64,000 bases of DNA, taken from assembly GCA_036172245.1 (NCBI GenBank), contig JAYWIR010000054.1, positions 806,001-870,000 of the forward strand. Direction: 5' to 3'. How positions within the stretch are numbered: the first letter of the stretch is position 1; every line of letters starts with the position of its first letter. Source of the DNA: Raillietiella orientalis (taxonomy: Eukaryota). Both the position numbers and the translations under genes were made by a program. Positions 1 through 13,149 of the stretch are shown here, one piece after another. The notes beneath the pieces were generated by a model that was given only the letters and a program-made list of their open reading frames with translations, was not told the origin of the DNA and did not search any database.

Positions 1-2319
1 GCTACGCATGGAGAAGTGTTCCCGTCTCAAAATTGACAGAAACGAACCTCGAAGATACATATCTTGTTCTCACTACTGAGTTCATTGACACGGAGTCGAT
101 GCACTTTTTACATTTCTGCCACAGAGTATTCCAATAAGCGACCTATCCGAATCGTGACAAGAGACGCCAGCTCAAGAAACGATACCAAGATTGCACCCAT
201 TTTCTCGTGGTTTAATCTGGTTCCAAGGAGAAGTTGTTTCCTCAACGTTCACACCACCCAGAAGGAAAGTGCGATTATTGCTTTCATTCCTCCAAGGAGA
301 TCTTCATTTTTCTGTGTCCCTTCATTACTCCTATGCCATCTCCGTGTTTCTCTTTGCAAGCTGTTCACTAGCCCAGTGTTCAGTGCTTCCAGAAGTGATC
401 TCCTGCTGAGACCGTTGCTAAGTACCTTGATGTAGTGAAACAACAGATGACTCGTCCTGTGATCAAAGTTAGAGTTTGAGTCTTGGTCAGAAGGATGTCG
501 ATGTACTCCGCGATCCCTCACTTGAGCTATGGGGAAAGTATCCCTGACTCTCTTCCGAAGGCGATTTCCCCAGACGGAGAGAGCGCTGGGATTGTGCCTC
601 CGCCGAGCGATGGAGCTCCGACTTCAGCTGGGCATTGGGTCATTTCATTTTGCTGAACTTAAGTTTTCCCATCTACTCTAAAGACAATCTTTTTTTTTTC
701 ATTCCTTTTCCTTTGCCTTTGCAGGTACAAGACAGAGTCTCTCCCAAGGTAGTCAAGAGCTACCCGGTTTAAGGTGGCTGCCGCTGTTCTCTGCTTCCAG
801 CATGCCTACACAGACGTGAACTCTCTGTGGTGTTCAGCGCATTGGCCCTCCCCTGGGAGAGCTGAAATCTTCGACAGCCACATTCTGCATGCCAGCATCT
901 TCTTGCTGTCCCTGTTGCCTAGAAGTGGGCTTGGTTCCATCTCGGGAGCAAACAGTGTCAAATTCAAGTTCCTGTACATCCTGGTTCTGGGAGCTGCCTT
1001 CAGAGACGAATTCATCTGCCGGGACCGAACCGAAGGCCTCGCATTGGCGCATTGGCGTCTCCTGTTTTTTCCATTCGGGAAGCATTTTTTCCAGACCCCA
1101 ACGAAGTATTTTAAAGCCAATTTTTCTACCTGAGCAGCATGAGAGCAGACACTCAGCGTTTTCGAACCGCGATAAAAAACTCCAGCAGAAGACTCTGGAA
1201 TGTTCCAATCTTTAGCGAGCCGATGCCGTGTTTTCGTGGTTGCGTGAGCGCTCCATCCGTATTCTCCAGGAGGATTTTTGGAAACGCGGATTTTTTATCT
1301 TTTGATGGAGCGTGGAAGGCGAGCCAGACCTTCACAGACCTCGTTTTGTAAACGCAGCACGATCTAACTCGATGCTGCCATGGTTACAAAGTAGTGTCAG
1401 AGAAGAGGGAACGCGAGATGTCAAGCTGTGGATGCAGTGAGGGCACGTGAAGAAGACAGTCAAAATTCAGGTGCTGTCGGAGGAGCATAACATGCCTTTT
1501 AACACTTTTTTTCTCATTTTCCGAAGAGGAAGTGTGCGTGGGATGGTGGTGGATGGCGGAAGGTTGAAATGAGAGCAAACTTGACTATTTCGTTCCTGAT
1601 GATTGAGGTAGCAGGCCAACAGGACAAATTTAGACAACACGGAGAAAGGTCGTAAGAGGAACTCCAACTCTTCTGGTGCGACCCCAGAGGAACGGGAACC
1701 TCGCCGTGCTCCTCGCAATCGGAAACTGGCGACAAGATCAGGGCACCGAATCGTGAAAAGGGATATTTTGGTCATCCGTGAGAAAACTTTGGGGCGGAAA
1801 GAGTGCAAATGGAACGAGAAACACACATCCGATGTCAAGCACACCGGCCATGAGGTTTTCCGAATGCTTTTCCATTTCGGCGCGACATTTCTCCCGGCCG
1901 TGTCCGTATCACCCAAGCCTGCGTGCATCCGAGCTCCACCCTCGTTGCCCGGACGGAAGACTCACTCCACATATCCCTTTACCTGTAGAATTCCAGGTCC
2001 TCTGCTGACTCCTCGGCCTCAGTGCCTGGAGAAGGAACGATCGGAAGCCACCTGTTCACGCGGATGTATTTCTCCGATGCATATCCACGGCAACGCCACT
2101 CCCGAATGCCAAAGCCATGAGACTCCGCTCCTGCTCGGGTACAGCACGATAGGAAAAGTTCGACTCCAAGTACACATACATCCAGGTATCCCGGAATATG
2201 AAGTAATTGATTCCTAGCAAAGAATTGTCCTCATTATTCGCGTGAACAGAGCAATCCTAACGGTTTCCGATAGGAATCTCATAATTGAATAATCCACTCC
2301 TTCCCTCGCCAGGCGATCC

Positions 2320-3080
2320 GTCCACCTAAAAATCATCCTTTGCATTGCACCTGCTTAATTTGTTCCGAAACCGACCGTGAGCAAGCAGCAGGGAGAGAGT
2401 CAACAGACACGTCGATCTCACAGCCGTGATCTTCGGGAACAGAAGAAAGCAGGCAGAAATGCCTTTCCGAGCATCCGAGAGGAAATTTCCGAGCGACTCC
2501 TGGAAACGAAGCCACCGTGTTTGAAAGATGGAGGATAGAAGGCACACTGAGATCCCTCCGATCATTGAGAGCTTCCGTAGAGAGAGAGCAGTGACATCAG
2601 ACAGCGCCAGATTATTTAATGCCTTTTTTCGATCCATCCTGGTAATGATTCAACGCAAGGGAACAAGATGAGTGTGCCTGCGTTTGTCAGCCCCTGAAGA
2701 TTCCCTGGCAGTCGATGAGCCCAACGAGTTCCCGTCCAATTCAATAAGCTGGATCTTCGTAAAAATTCGTTAATGATGAAGGATGTCCTCGAAGCATTTT
2801 GTTGACGGAACGGTAAAGCTTCAGCATTCTCTGGCCGCTTAGCATGATTGACAAATGCAACCACGAAAATCAGACAAGAATTCGAAGAACACAATCGACC
2901 CTTCCGAAGACCAAATTTATAAACTGCGTGGCCGAAGTGCGTTGCGACGCTCACAAGTGGACGGTTGGACGAGAACGCGTCGAAAACCACGCTTCTAGAC
3001 TCCACGTCAGGAGCACTCCTGAAGAAGAAAACCGCACGCCTCCGACCTGCGCACGCTTCGACGTAGGTCAACACGAAGCA
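2320..3080 (-). mobile_element. Degenerate non-LTR retrotransposon reverse transcriptase fragment (CR1/Jockey-like)
   Basis: Minus-strand frames give, in RT order: NRPLVS (~yRPIs), KFGLRKGRLC (~QFGFR.GRSC), GNLQGLTNAGTLILFPCVESLP (~GvPQGsvlGplLF..yindLP), then LALSDVTAL (~l.aDD.al). Frameshifted. Confidence 0.6.
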
Positions 3081-3559
3081 GGTGCTTCGTGATGACCATT
3101 CCCAAGTAACACCAACTCATCCAGGATCCAGGGAAGACTTATTGTTACGCGTTGAGAAGCCCGCATCGCACTTCAGAGTTGAAGTCGCTGACTCTTGGAC
3201 GCTTATTTAAAGATCCATAGACATACACTTCACGAGGAACCGAGTTCCCAGGAAACAACAACAACCAGGAAGTTCACAGGGAATGACCGCCGGCATGCGA
3301 GCCAGCTCTTAAGGAAATGTCCAAGGTGGGAGGGAAGGGACGATGGATAGTTAAAAACGAAGGGAGGGTAGGGACGAGGATCTTTGGTCTAGGCCGCTTG
3401 TTTCTTCCTAGAGCTGGCGCTGCATGCTGATGATCTCTCTGGCGACTCCTTGGAAGTGAGACCACCTTGCAGACGTCTTTATCGGGGCAGCCTCCGTGCG
3501 GGCCCTCTTCCTACGCTACCAAGGAGACTAACAAAAATCTCTAACTGTGACTATGGCGC

Positions 3560-4331
3560 GGAGACAGCAGATCACGGCGCCCGCCGCTGGTCCTCTTTGA
3601 ATGAAAAAGCACCGCAGCAACTTCGAAGAGGTGTCCTCCGAGTTGAGGAGTGCCAAAGACAGCTTCCTACAATATTCCTCGAAAACACCGCAATCAACCA
3701 ATCATCCGTGGTGCTGTTTGGGAATGCAGCATCCTCGAAGCCAGGTGTCCGCAATGGTTGCACTGAAGTTCCCAATGCAGAAACAGGAGACCATTCGGTT
3801 TCCACAGCAACGGGAGCACCGTATTGCCTCCGTCACGCTTTAATGCACCTTCCGTCCGATGGTCAATAATTCCGGTTCACGGACTATGCTCAAACATGTC
3901 CCGCGGCTCAACTTTCTGCCGGGAGATGCATCTAACGCGAGGAATGCCTGGGATAGACCATTGTCAGTCACTGCATCAACACTCAAACGGTGGACCACGG
4001 GGGGGCATGAAGACTGGTTGCCCCGCATCGAGAGGTCTACCATGAAGCGGTAGAAGATGCATTTGGGCGTATTCGTAGATGGAGTCGGAGGCGAAGGCAG
4101 TCCAAGAACTGATTTGGTAGCAAAGTTCGGCGGTCGCTTCTGAGTATTCGAGACAGCTCCAGAAGAGTAAGACGAAAGGGGAACCAGCGACGACGACTGT
4201 CTCTTCGGTTGTTCAAAGTGGTTCTGTAGCAGTGAGAAAGGTCTGAGGTCTTGGAATCTAGGGAACCGCGAGTTCTCGAGAGAACTGAAGACCCGCAAGA
4301 GACAGACTGGGAGCTTCAAAAAAAAAAAAAA
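3560..4331 (+). mobile_element. Degenerate non-LTR RT core-to-thumb fragment, followed by a poly(A) run
   Basis: PGVRNGC (~GVRQG) ~3741, RFTDYA (~FADD) ~3872, HLGVF (~YLG) ~4060, GLGI ~4247. Nucleotide paralog of 10345-11500. A-run at 4318-4331. Confidence 0.6.
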
Positions 4332-4599
4332 TCATATGCTCGAACATCCAGTGGAGAAGAGCTCCTTTTCTGACGCTGACGTTGGCTCAATTCGTGGGAG
4401 CGCATTGAAGGTGACCCTGATGCAAGCCGCTTGCCCTCTCGAGTATTTACTAAAGGCCTCGGAAAAACAGGAAAACAGAAAGGAGTCAGTCAAAAACGCG
4501 AATTGACACTTGGCTTCCTCTGGAGGGTTGTCATTACCGGTGAGAAGGTCCGCTGTAGGATTTCCTTGATCTTTGAGTTCAGGAGAACGACAGAGTGCA

Positions 4600-5170
4600 A
4601 AAGGAACAGGTGGGATGCATCGAAAAGGACATAGTATTCTCGGACTTTTAGTGAGGAAGGGCTGCTCGCCATCCAAGTGTCACACCCCAGTCTCCTACCG
4701 GATATGGCACTCCAAAGAGAAGCTCAGGTCATCACGCTGCCACCTCGAAGACCAGCCGGAGGTTCCGGAACGTGCCAGGAAAAGGAAGCATAGGGAGAAC
4801 GTCAGGGCATGCTTTTGCGTTTCTCCTTCAGAGTAGTGCTGACCGCAGCCCGTTAGCTCTCGTGCAACAATCTCTTGATGCATGGAGCAACGACAAGGCC
4901 GTGAGGGATCCAAAGATTCTGCAAAGGCGAGCCGGCCACCTGTGCAGATGAATGGCCTATCGCAGCATCCAGAGGTTATTTCTGCCTGATGTACTACTGG
5001 AACCGAATGGGTTTCTTGCCGCAACACGGGACGAGCTGTATCTGAGAATGCTGGAAAACCTTCAATAGTGTGGGGAGTTTGCCTCCCAGGCGATGCGTGA
5101 AACCCCTAACGGGAGTTTCTGTGCATTCCTCGGTAGCTTAATTAAACAGTGTACCGGAAGCACCGGACAG
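4600..5170 (+). mobile_element. Degenerate non-LTR RT N-terminal fragment; inverted paralog at 54965-55515
   Basis: ILGLLVRKGCSPSKCHTPVS (~i.lipKkg.dp....yRPis) and VQMNGLSQHPEVI (~v.vNG..s.pf.i). Part of it also resembles 52550-52620, which lies in another RT relic. Confidence 0.5.
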
Positions 5171-5749
5171 GACTCAGATGAAGTCCCCGCCGACAGGACG
5201 ATTTGGAGGGAAAAAACGGGTGTAGTAACTGCCACCTTCATTTCGCTGCACCCTCACTCTCTCAACAAGGAAGCAATGAACCCAAGATGCGAGTCAACTG
5301 CGGCTCTTTTGCTTCATGGTCATTCCTCGAAACCATCAAGTCTCGAGGCGACCAAGCAAAAAGGAATTCAACGCACACGGTCAGGAATGGGTCTCCATTG
5401 ATCAGTTCTCACCGAGAAACAGACCTCTCGAGAAAATGCAAGCCCGGTTCTGTGAACTTATATCTTATGGATGCAATCCGGAGAGGTCTGTCAAGGAAAT
5501 GGAGCATTTTCCCAAGGACGTGACTCGGTGCTGCTCGGTGGAGAAGTAAATGGAATAAAGACAAGTTTTTGATGAAATGGTTCAGTAATCGTCAGTCAGG
5601 AAACTCCACCTGTGCGGCTCTTTCTCTTTCAAGTATCGAGGAGACGAAACGAGTATGCTGAGACAACCAACAGTTACTGGCATCGAGGGAGTCGTTAGCT
5701 CCAACCAGGCAGTAGGGAAGCTGTTCTGTAACGGGCAGTAGAAGGTCCT

Positions 5750-7160
5750 CCGTTTCTTCAAGCCTCCATGAATGTCCTAGAGAAAACCGAATTCAGAATA
5801 TCCAAGTGAGCCTTAGATTTCCTCTCCTGATGGAGGGACACATCTCAGAAACTTAAGTTTGTCAGCTTTTCTTATTTGGCGATCTTCGACCGGCGTGTGC
5901 TTCGCAGGAAATGCCTTCAGACTGCATCCCCGTGCTTCATCCCAGACACAACGTGATGTTCCTTTTTCAGCAGGTTCACGGAATCATGGCACTTCGTGTT
6001 TTGCTTGAGCGATGCCCATCATCTTTACTTGCTGATACTACCCTTTCCGCCTCCACACGTTCTTTGGTTTCCAGCTTCGGTCTCCTGTTGAAAAATGCAT
6101 GAGCTATCACTTGCACATCATGAATTCAAGGGCAGCATTGCAGAAGGGATACCTGAGGCGGCTCATTAGGTTCTGTAGCAACAGGAAGCGCGCTAACGAA
6201 CGCACTTCAAAGGTGCAAACAACACGTAGGGCGCTAGCTTGCCGACCTGGAGGAAGCATCACGCCATTCTACTTAGCCAGCGGAAATGCGAGCTTGCAGG
6301 TGCACGTAATTTCCCCGCTCTCCCTTGCAGCCCATGCGAGGGTCCCCCGTCGGAAGCTGGCAGTCGCAACGCATCGTTGGCATGGAACATTCGCTCTGCG
6401 TGCCGTCACGTGTGAATCCTTCCGAGCCGAGTGGGAGTGAACTCAAACACTCCGTCGCCTGCGCCATGGGTCAACCTGCCAGTGGAAGATGTCCGGCAGG
6501 ACATGGAGAGGATTGCCCGTCTGGCCGCCACTTATCTTGCTGCAGAGTTGTCTGAGGGCTTGCCTAAGGGCAAGTGAGAACGGTTGCCTAACGGTGCGCT
6601 GGCACTTGTACTGACCCGCTGCAGGAAGAGAGAAACTCCTGGGCGGCTGGAAGGCGAGTGAGCCGGTGGCCGTCCGCCGCTCCACTTCATAGGGCGAAGG
6701 GACTACTTCGATGGAGAGGGCTTCTCGGAGTGGCCTCCAGAGAACTTGCTGCCTCTCCCCTGTGTAGAAGGAACTCCTGTTTCCATTTGATTGGAAGCAA
6801 ATCCCCGCTTTCAATCAAATGGAACCTGGACATCCAGCTGTTGCACCACTGGAGTTTTCAGGGAAGGAACCGGTTTCCCGGGGGCATCGTGTCCCTGAAC
6901 TGTTCGAGGTGCGGAGCGAATGGGTCGTTCCTGCAGCTCTTGCTGCACCGCAATGCCCTTCAGAAACTTTGGGGAAAGCACTCCCACATCCCGGGGGCAC
7001 TGTGAAGGACTTGCTGCGATTCTTCGCGAGAGGCGGAGCCAAGACGGCATCCGTGCCGTCGTTACGGCCCCCCACTTGCTGGAGTCTCGGACGCAGCGAA
7101 CGGAACGGAAGCCATCAGCATCGCCGTTGGCTACGTGAGGAGGGCTGTCAAGTGGCCTCA
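5750..7160 (-). mobile_element. Degenerate REL-endonuclease-type (R2/NeSL-like) non-LTR element, RT thumb to C-terminus
   Basis: Minus frames: DVGVL...APGKPVPSLKTPVVQQL (R2-like thumb region), a decayed zinc knuckle (VATEPNEPPQVSLLQCCP...H) and GSLG near 5800. 6559-6720 is clearly homologous to 62779-62940. Confidence 0.5.
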
Positions 7161-8099
7161 TCTAGAGGTGGAAGTCAAAAAGATCGCCGATATTCTGCGC
7201 CGCTTCTGAAAGCAAGGAAGAGAAATTGCCGATGATCCTTGGCCCGTCTTTCTTTTTATACAATCGTTTACTGCCCACTTCCGTCCATTCCAGACTTCAC
7301 CCAGTGTTTCGTGAAGAAAGGAGAGAAGCAAAAGATCCCGCCCCTACATTACAATTTAATTTTGTCCTTGTTTTGTTTGCCCTTATCCCTGGATGTTGAG
7401 GAAACCGGTCGGGCGCGTCGGTGAACCCACCCCTTGAACATCCTCTGGACATTTTTCTATAGGGAATCGCCGTTTCGACGACGTCTTTTCCCAGTTGTAG
7501 GCTAGTTTTCTTGTGAAATAAACGCCCCGGCGTCACCGGGTGCAAATCCGAGCCGGCGCACCAAAACACATGGGGCGCGCGGTCGCTTCCTGGCGGGGCG
7601 TCGACGGCGACGTACTCGACGGATGTTCGTCAATCGTGACGTTGTCTTGGGCGAAGCGCCTCGGATGACGGGAGCAAAGGAGGCGAACTCCCTTTCGAAG
7701 AGAACACATCTGAGTATGCATTTGCTGATTTGCAACGTGTCTGCCCGTGGAGGGACGCGATTAAACGCGTCCCCCATTTCGTTTCGTTTAAAATTTTTGG
7801 ATGTGGTATCACTGCCTGTGTTGAACGAGCGTACCATATGGAATGTTACGTGTACATTTAGGAATCCGTGTTGTACTGAAAGTTCCGTACATCAGGTTAG
7901 AAAGTTGGAACCCTTTGAGGGTTATCCCGAATCTGTTCGTTGATTATTTTTGTAGTTCGCCTCCACGATGATCGCTTCGTCCACGGAGCGGCTTTCATGA
8001 TGGGAAGCTGGACACCTTGGACCCCGGAGGTGGGCAACCTTTTCGTTGCACATTGCACTTTGCTGGCTGTCGACTGCTGGCGAGCAAAGAATCAGCGAG

Positions 8100-8700
8100 C
8101 TGGAGAGCGATGGAGCACTTCCTCATGAGCAACACGGGCAGTTTTGCAGCCCCTGTGCTCTCTCTGGCGCTTTTGAACTTTAGAGAGCAGTTACCATGAT
8201 AGAATGTCATGGACACCCCACAAGGTGACAGACTGACGAACTGCAATTGTGAGCGGATTTTGTGCTTCCGATTCAGGCATATCTGGGAGTGAGATGACCT
8301 TGCGCTGTGTGTCGGTTCGATCCTTAAAATGAAGACTTCGATAACTGGTTGCCTTCTAAAACGGTTCAAACGCTCGAGATTGGCTGATTTTCAGGTCAGT
8401 TGCTTCTTCGGGTCCTCAAGGAAAACTGAGGAATTCAATCCCCGGCTCCACAAAATCGACGCACCCTTCCTTTCGAGAAGATGAACCAAAATGCAACATG
8501 CAGAATAGCTTGTCGCTTTAGTCCATGAGGTGTGTTGCTCCTGCTGGTTACAGAGGTCCGCTGGCGGTGTGCACACAGTAGCCTCTCACTTTTCCATTTT
8601 TCCTGTATCACGTAGCCGCTTTTCTTCCGAGGGTGTGAGTGTCCACAGCGCCGAAGATTTCCAAATAATTGACAACTCGTGCTGCTCCTATAAGATTCAG
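8100..8700 (+). mobile_element. Degenerate non-LTR RT core fragment
   Basis: TPQGDRL at ~8215, DDLAL at ~8293, EFNP downstream. Motif order matches RT (PQG...xADD...N..K). Confidence 0.45.
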
Positions 8701-10344
8701 TGCCCATACGTGCTATAGCCGTCTTTCATTAGCTGGTACCATCCACTCAGATGAGATGAAGTGTAAACTGCTGGATTTCCGCCTTGGATCCCGAGAAGGA
8801 AATCTCCGGACCAAACATCAGTGCACAACGCAGATTACCTTTTTTATTCTGCAAAATCGGCGGCAGCAATTCCGATCCGAAGATAATCTAATGAGAAAAC
8901 CATTTATGGAATTGTGAGGAAGAAGGTAATAATTCGTTGTCTTTGTGTTGCTTTACTGGAAATTTCGACGGAGGGTGATGGGACTTGAATTCATGGTCGT
9001 CGCAAGATTCCAATGCTCATCTTCCTATCAGGAAACAATCTTAAAGTCAACGTGGCTCCATTGCAAGAGAGATCGGTATCTCAATGACTAACAGAGCATC
9101 CCATGGAGGGAAAGTCTTGGTTTCGAGATCCCTTTGGAGCGTTTCCCGGAAGCAAGGTTTTTTTGTACAAAATTGATCTGTACAGAGCGGTCAAACACAC
9201 GTGCCAAACGTAGAATAATTTAAAAGTCTTTCACAACAGCCATTTACAAAGGAACATGAAGGAACTATCCCTTTTTGTGTGTGTTCAATCTCCTACACTA
9301 AAGATCCTCCGCAAAACCTCCTCGATGTTGCATTACACATCTGCCAAGGCGGAAAAGAGGAATTCGTTGCTCCTCGTCAATGAGTCAACGTCATACTCAA
9401 TTGCTGAGCGATCTCTGGAACCTAAAACATCAAGAGATGTAAGAAAAACATCTATGAGGATCAGCGAAAATAACTTTCTGAAACTGCACTACAGTCGAGC
9501 ATATGGATATTTGGGAAGACCGTTTCAGACGGATCTACTTCCATCGGAGTCCACAAGACAGCACACCTTAGCAAAGGAAGCTGTCCTACTAGATTGTAGG
9601 TTTCCCCACGGCCAAATCTTGTCTCGGAGAAATCCTTCTTTGCAGGACTTGTGCACAGCTGGTGACAGGGAATAGACATTCTTGAAAAGCAGCATTAGAG
9701 AAAAGGTCGGAATGTGGGACACCTTGCAAAGCAAGGGAGGAGAAAGGGTACGTGCATGTATGCGTACCCTAGCCATTGTGTCAGAAGGAACCACCAGCTG
9801 TGCAAGAGACAGTTTCTTCATGTTTCAGTTTGCCAGATCGAACCTTTCGAGACCATAGCCCCAAAACTTCACGTTCAGCGCTGCGCCGCAACCATGCATC
9901 ACCGGCGGGTGGAAATTTAGATTTCGTCCGATGTGATCGATGGAAAGCGGAGAGGTCCAGGAAAGACATTAAGAGCTTAGACGATGAGCGCATAGTGACA
10001 TAGTGGGCGGGCAAGCGTTCAGTTCGGGCACAGAGCGAGAGGATGTTTCCAATTGGAGTTGAATGCTGAAGGTCACTCTTCCAGGCTCCACGCTTTGAGT
10101 ACACCTGAGAACGAAGGCCACAAGCCTAAGGCCCAAAACGGCACATCAAGCAGCCGCATTGCGCCTCAGAGGACTATTCCAAATACGATGGTGACGTCAC
10201 GGCTCCTGGCTCGGAGCCGGAAATGCGCATGAAGTGACTGAGGATGCGCGGCAGCGTTTCATCCCATCTCTAGAACCGATGGCAAGATCGATCCCTTAGC
10301 TGTTTTCTGAGCTCGCGCTGGGATGAGGGAACTACTTCTTCCGC

Positions 10345-11700
10345 TCATTGGCCAACACTTCCGGTTCACGGACTACGCACTTATGCATGCCCAGCTGCTC
10401 GACTCGCCGTCGGGAGCTGCATCCACTGGGATACACCACCATCAGTCACTGCATCAATGATCAAACGGTGGACCATGCGGGGTTATGGAGACTGGGTGCC
10501 TCGCATCAGGAGCTCTACCATGAAGGGGCAGGAGATGCAATTGGACGTATTCGGGGATGAAGCTGGAGGCGAAGGAAGTCCAAGAGTTCTATGAAGGATT
10601 CGCTGAGTACCCAAAGACAGTCTTCGCTGTTATTCCATTCAACTATTTTTGGGGGGAGGGAGTCGCTGAGTACCTCAAGAATCAGCACGCTCCTGGCGAC
10701 CCACGCAGCTCTTTAAGACTCTTCCACATCACCCGAGGGTATGTATAATTCTTCAAGATAGGGAGGGGAGCGCCTCTCACCCCTAGGGAACCTCCCAACC
10801 CTGCTTGTTCCCGAAGGGAATCCTCCTTTTTTACTCTATGCGGAAAGGCCCCGAAGCGGTCTGCTCCATATTTTCTTCTCTGAAGGGAATCCGCAAGGGA
10901 TACTTCCGAAATTTAGAAGGGCGCTGGTTTCCCGAAGGAAGCGGCACGCTTCTCTGAACTCTTGAGAGATGGCAAGATACCTACTATATGAAGACCCCCC
11001 CCTCCTAAGGGGAGGTTCACCCCTTTGCACAATCGGAAGGGAACTCCCATTCCTTCATCCATGGAAAGACCCGGAAGTCAACTGCCATTGTTCGGGACCT
11101 CGTCGGGGCATACAGTTTGAAGCACTACTGGGCGCCGCCCCCGGAAGTAGGGAAGTCATCCTGCGGGTGGGACTCGAACCCACTACTCCCACAAACACTC
11201 GGCGTCGATTCTTTCCAAGTATTAGAACCCTCTGGGTGCCACGCTCAGAGACCACCGTAACCACATGGCCTCCAGCGCGGGCCAAACTTCCATGGAGGAA
11301 GGAAGCTGATTTGGTAGCGGAGTTCGTCGGCCGCTTCCGGGTACTGGCAACAGCTCTCGGAGGAGCAAGACAAAAGGGGAACTAGCGACGAAGGCTGCCT
11401 CTTCGGTTCGAAGTCCTGGGTTCCATGGTGCCAGGAAGTCTTCATTTCTGCAATGCAAAAGATCGGAGGTCTTGGAATCCCGAGGACGGCGAGTTCCCGA
11501 AAAAAATGAACTATGATTTCTGAAGAGACAGTCAAGACGCGTCGAAAAGGGAAGTTATACATGCTTTCCTCGGAAATCCAGCATTTCGAGGATGCATATG
11601 AGAAGCAATGGAAGAGCCACGGTCCGTACTGAAGACATCAGGAGGCCATGGGATCACTCAGCAACCAAAACAGAAGCAATCGGTGGGCCCACAATTGCAT
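10345..11700 (+). mobile_element. Degenerate non-LTR RT fragment interrupted by a SINE-like insertion (10599-11287)
   Basis: HFRFTDYAL at ~10356 and GGLGIP at ~11465. Colinear with 3865-4280 on both sides of the insertion. Confidence 0.6.
10599..11287 (-). mobile_element. tRNA-derived SINE-like element, copy 1 (near full length)
   Basis: Shares its head (rc ggcccgcgctggaggccatgtgg...gcgtggcacc), a perfect T-arm GTGGG-TTCGAGT-CCCAC (rc of 11167-11183), body and tail with the other copies. Flanked by a 10/12 direct repeat. Confidence 0.7.
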
Positions 11701-13149
11701 TCAGTTTTGAAAATGTAGCTAAAGCTCTTTGGAGAAGGTCTTCGTGTCTTATTTTGATTGGTTTCCCTAATCCATGATCTATTATTCGATTTCGATCGAA
11801 CAGTGATAGGATGTCAATGTTATCCGCTCTACTGTTAGAGCTTCCAGTTGACGACTTCTGGTGAGGAGAATATAGCTATTGATGTGTTATTATGATAATT
11901 ATGACAACGCTGTGAGTTACAGTTTATCTGCCTGTGCTCAGGTTCAGATAAACTGTAACTCAGGAGATTGAGCGAATAAGTTTCCAAGTTCAAGAGGGAA
12001 GAGAAGGGAGGAAAAAAAAGAGTGGCAAGTTCTACACTCAAAGTTTCATTTTCCCAGCCGAAATCGGGAATCTGTTCTGAGCGCAAATGACTCGTAATAA
12101 ACAACTATAGTCTCCGATGTCACAGGGCTGTCTCACAAGAAAAATTCACTTTACTGTCCAGACCAGGACAACTAGAAAAAACTGCCCGAGACCGCTTTGA
12201 TTCTTTACGGAACTCCTCTGGGAGGAAATATACAAAAAAAGTTAAATGTTTTTTTTTTTTTTTTGGTTCTCCATAGATGCGAGGAAATCCTATCCGTTCC
12301 GAGAGATCATCGCTTCTGCAGGATCCGCACTCGAGAATTTATGCGAAAGCTGATGAAATTTCTCGAAGTTTTCTCTGCGTCTATCCTTTTTTCTGTTTTT
12401 GCTTGAGAATACCTTGAGAAAACAGCATTCCTTTAGAACTCAAAGACTTTCAGAATTTCTTCCAGAACTGTGCTCGCCTGGCATGCAATCCCATATCCGA
12501 GCTTGCGTCAGCTGGAAGCGTATTCTCAAGGAACGCTCAGGGATTTTCAGCGGAACGAGAGATCTTGAAGAACAGAGGAAATGTGACGTTTGCACCTCTT
12601 CTCGAACGAGCATTTGTCCTTCCATACAATCTTGGGGACTCGGTGACACCTCCTTCATCTCGCGAAACCGTGGTCACACTCTCGTGCGAGCCGAAAGAAG
12701 GCGCAAGCAATCTTCGCATGCCAAAGTATCAAAACGAGACGTTTCCCCGTGGAAAAAAAACATCATGGGAGGGTACTCCATGCATGAGAAGGCGTGCCGG
12801 AGTGCTCCCTGCACTTCCGGTGCTGCTGAGAAAGGCAAGGAAACTTTCCTAGCATCACGAGTGGAGCCAGTGATTCCGAAAGACGCTTCCGCTGCTCTGA
12901 CGAACCTTGTTCTTTCGTAACCAGAAGGAGAGATGGTGTGTAGCTGCAATCTCCTAGAGCCATCAAACCGAGGAAGAACCCGGTCTTCGTCCTCACACAA
13001 TCCATGTTTCCAAGAACCTCAAAGCTGAATGAATCAAAGGATCACGCCTGCCGTATCGGGATTCTATTGGTAGCTAACGGCTCATTATAAAACCATTCAC
13101 TAGAGAAGAGTACACGCAGAGTAACTGCGGATGGCAAACACAATCATCA

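Noticed and set aside
688..770. Splice acceptor (polypyrimidine tract + tttgcag) and possible host exon
   Set aside because: No partner exons or recognisable coding sequence. It cannot be supported without RNA data.
4695..5027. LRQETH on the minus strand as an AP-endonuclease motif
   Set aside because: The plus strand carries ordered RT motifs, and homology to the 52 kb RT relic fixes the opposite orientation.
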